Assembly (NCBI GenBank): GCA_963693365.1
Contig: CAVNZM010000013.1
Location: forward strand, 2,567,817 to 2,631,816
Source of the DNA: Amoebidium appalachense
Lineage: Eukaryota; Protista; Ichthyosporea
Direction of reading: 5' to 3'
Length of the DNA: 64,000 bases
The notes beneath the pieces were generated by a model. That model was given only the letters and a program-made list of their open reading frames with translations. It searched no databases and was not told where the DNA came from. Below, piece by piece: positions 61,814 to 64,000 of the stretch. How positions within the stretch are numbered: position 1 is the stretch's first letter; each line of letters starts with the position of its first letter. Position numbers and translations under genes: made by a program.

Positions 61814-62599
61814 GCGGCGGTCAGGAATTGGTGTACACCGACTGCCTGCCAGGGGGCGGTGGTGGCTACAGCGGCCATTCGTGCCGACCTGGAGGGGCAG
61901 CAGCACCGCGTGGTGGGGCTGGACTGCGAGTGGGTCTATCGGGTGGGCCAGGCGCGGTCCAAGGTTTGCACGCTGCAGATTGCCACCGCACGGGCCGTGT
62001 ACATCTTCCACTTGGCACGCATGGGCCCCAACCACAGCCCGCCCGCGCGGCTGGTGGACGAGCTGATTGCGCTGCTTAGGGACCCCAGCATCATCAAGGT
62101 GGGCAAGCAGATCGGCACGGACTCGGCCCACCTCAACAAGGACTACGGCACCCCTGTGGCCAGCTATCTGGAGCTGGGCCGGTTCTGCTATGCCCGTGCA
62201 GCTATCACCTCTGCGGCCCGGGGCTTGGCCGACATCACTGCCCAGGTCATAGGCAAGAAGCTGCCCAAGCCGGCACTTGTTCGATGCTCCAACTGGCACG
62301 AGCCGCTATCAGAGGTGCAGGCCACCTACGCTGCCCTTGATGCATATGCGTCCCTGCAGGTCTACTCGGCCGTGGTCGATAGGCCAAACCTGTCAGGTGT
62401 GTATCCCACCTGCTTTTTGCCCCAGTGCTTATGTACTTATGCCAGATATAGAAAGATTGTGGGCCCCCCAGAGGAGAGGGGAGGGGGAGGAGGGGGGGGG
62501 GGGGGGGGGGGTGGCTGACCACATGGGCCAGTGTTCCAGTTGTGTTATGCTGGGTGTCGGGTGGCTATCAAAGGAGGGGGTGATTGGTGGTGGTGGTGG

Positions 62600-62630
<31 letters not shown>

Positions 62631-64000
62631 TATAGCACTGTTAACACGTGCAAGTGCCACACAAGCTGGGCACTGGGAGAGGGGGGGGGGGGGAGGGAGA
62701 AGGGGGGGGGGGGGGGGGGGGGGGAAGGGGGTTGCTAAGGAATATGCATTTGATTTTTGTGGAGCGAAGAGAAAAACGTTGGTGCTGTGGCTTTTTGGCT
62801 GAGTTTTTTGCTTCCCTCTATGACATGCAGCGCGGCTTCATGCAAAGGCACTCGGTGAAGGGGTTGAGATTGTGCCCCGGCGGGGCCCACATGCTGCAGC
62901 AGCCACCGGGGTGGTGCTGGCTGTGCAGCCGGAGCGCTGGGGGGGCATGAAGGTGGGCAAGAAGCATGCAGTGGTGCGGGTGGATCAGGTGCTGTCGCCG
63001 GCCATGCAGGTGCCCTTTGGCCCCGACAAGGGCAAGACCCTGGGAGAGCTGGGCCCGCCGCCCTTTGAGCTGATGGTGCACCTGCAGTGGCTACGGCCCA
63101 TTCAGCCCCCACCGGACCCAGGTGCCGAGGTGCCGGTGGTCCCTGACCCAGCCCCTCCCCCTGCCAGTCCTCCCCCTGCCGAGCAGCAGCAACCCCTTGC
63201 CGGCCCACAGGCACCCCCCCAGGACCCCCAGGCAGCCCCGGGGGGCCTTGAGGCAGCCCCAGGGGGACCCGAGGCAGCTCCCAGAGAGGGCATGTTGGGC
63301 CAGGCACCGCCTGGGGAGGTGGTGTGGCAGACTGTGCTGAATGACGCCTTCCACTCCATTGCAAACACGGCGGACGGCACGTACAAGTCACACCCCCGCA
63401 GGGCTGAGTACGCACGCGCACTCAGCGAGGCAATATTTGTGTGGAATGAAGAGGATTACGGACATGTGAAGGTGCCCCCCCCCCCTCCCCCCCCCCCCCC
63501 AAAATAAAAAATAAAAAATAAAAATAAAAAAAACGGCAACAACAACATGCGTGACTGACGCGCACACACACATACACTCGTTAGCACACACTCACCATTC
63601 CACCCACAACCATGCACACCTTCGACAAAACTTCTGAGGGAAGAGAGAGAGCCTGAGCCTCAGAGAGAGGGGGGGCAAGGGGGGGGGGGGGGGGGGGGGG
63701 GGAGGGGGGGGAGGAGAGTGGGGGTTATTCATATGCCTAGAGAGAAATAATGTAGGGTTGTGGGGGGAAATAGCCACATGCATTTTTTACTTGTGTTGGG
63801 GGAGAAGATGGGGGGGGTGGAGGGGAGGGGTCCTACAATAACGGCAGGTATCAAAGTCTACCAAACCCAAATTGCAGTGTGCGTAGTAAATTAATATTGG
63901 CATCCTGCCTCACAGGGGGTGCTGGAGCAGAAGGGCATCAACATTGAAACCGAGCTCAAGGGCGGCGACCTGAGCTACTTCATGGAGCGCATCCGGCGGG
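61814..64000 (+). CDS. WRN/EXD2-type DEDDy 3'-5' exonuclease fused to a transposase-like region; exons ~61814-62396, 62831-63471, 63916->64000; 3'-partial, 5' end unclear
   Basis: ExoI VVGLDCEW, LQIAT, KVGKQIGTD, SNW..PLS..QATYAALDAY; phase-consistent GT-AG introns; downstream VLNDAFHS..H..YARALSEAIF..EED..V..L..G..FMERIRR; GC-rich codon usage. Confidence 0.8.

Overview
Eukaryotic, intron-rich genomic DNA with a very high density of (CA)n/(GT)n, (GA)n, poly-C/G and poly-A/T tracts; most ORFs in the supplied track are translations of these repeats and are not genes. The organism cannot be identified from the sequence alone. Manual splicing recovers six loci: (1) a 5'-partial 17-exon DUF1765-type protein gene (+, 416-16405); (2) a 3-exon AP-1 sigma adaptin gene (-, 18887-23554); (3) a 2-exon classical protein tyrosine phosphatase (+, 29777-32770); (4) a C2H2 zinc-finger protein whose finger is split by an intron (-, ~45195-48221); (5) a decayed, intron-containing BT1/folate-biopterin transporter pseudogene (-, ~54387-58930); (6) a DEDDy 3'-5' exonuclease fused to a DxxH-type transposase-like region that runs off the window (+, from ~61814). 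Mobile DNA includes three 5'-truncated copies of a non-LTR retrotransposon (the two with intact 3' ends stop at AAACCCC, not poly(A); one has a 9-bp TSD), a structured ~385-bp non-coding element family ending in AAA-poly(C) and lying sense within introns, a small MITE pair, foldback hairpins and two 41-bp minisatellites. The most notable signals are a possible poly(C)-tailed retroposon system linked to splice-acceptor composition, a minisatellite built from a branchpoint/3' splice site, and the exonuclease-transposase fusion. Family assignments rest on remembered motifs, not on database searches.
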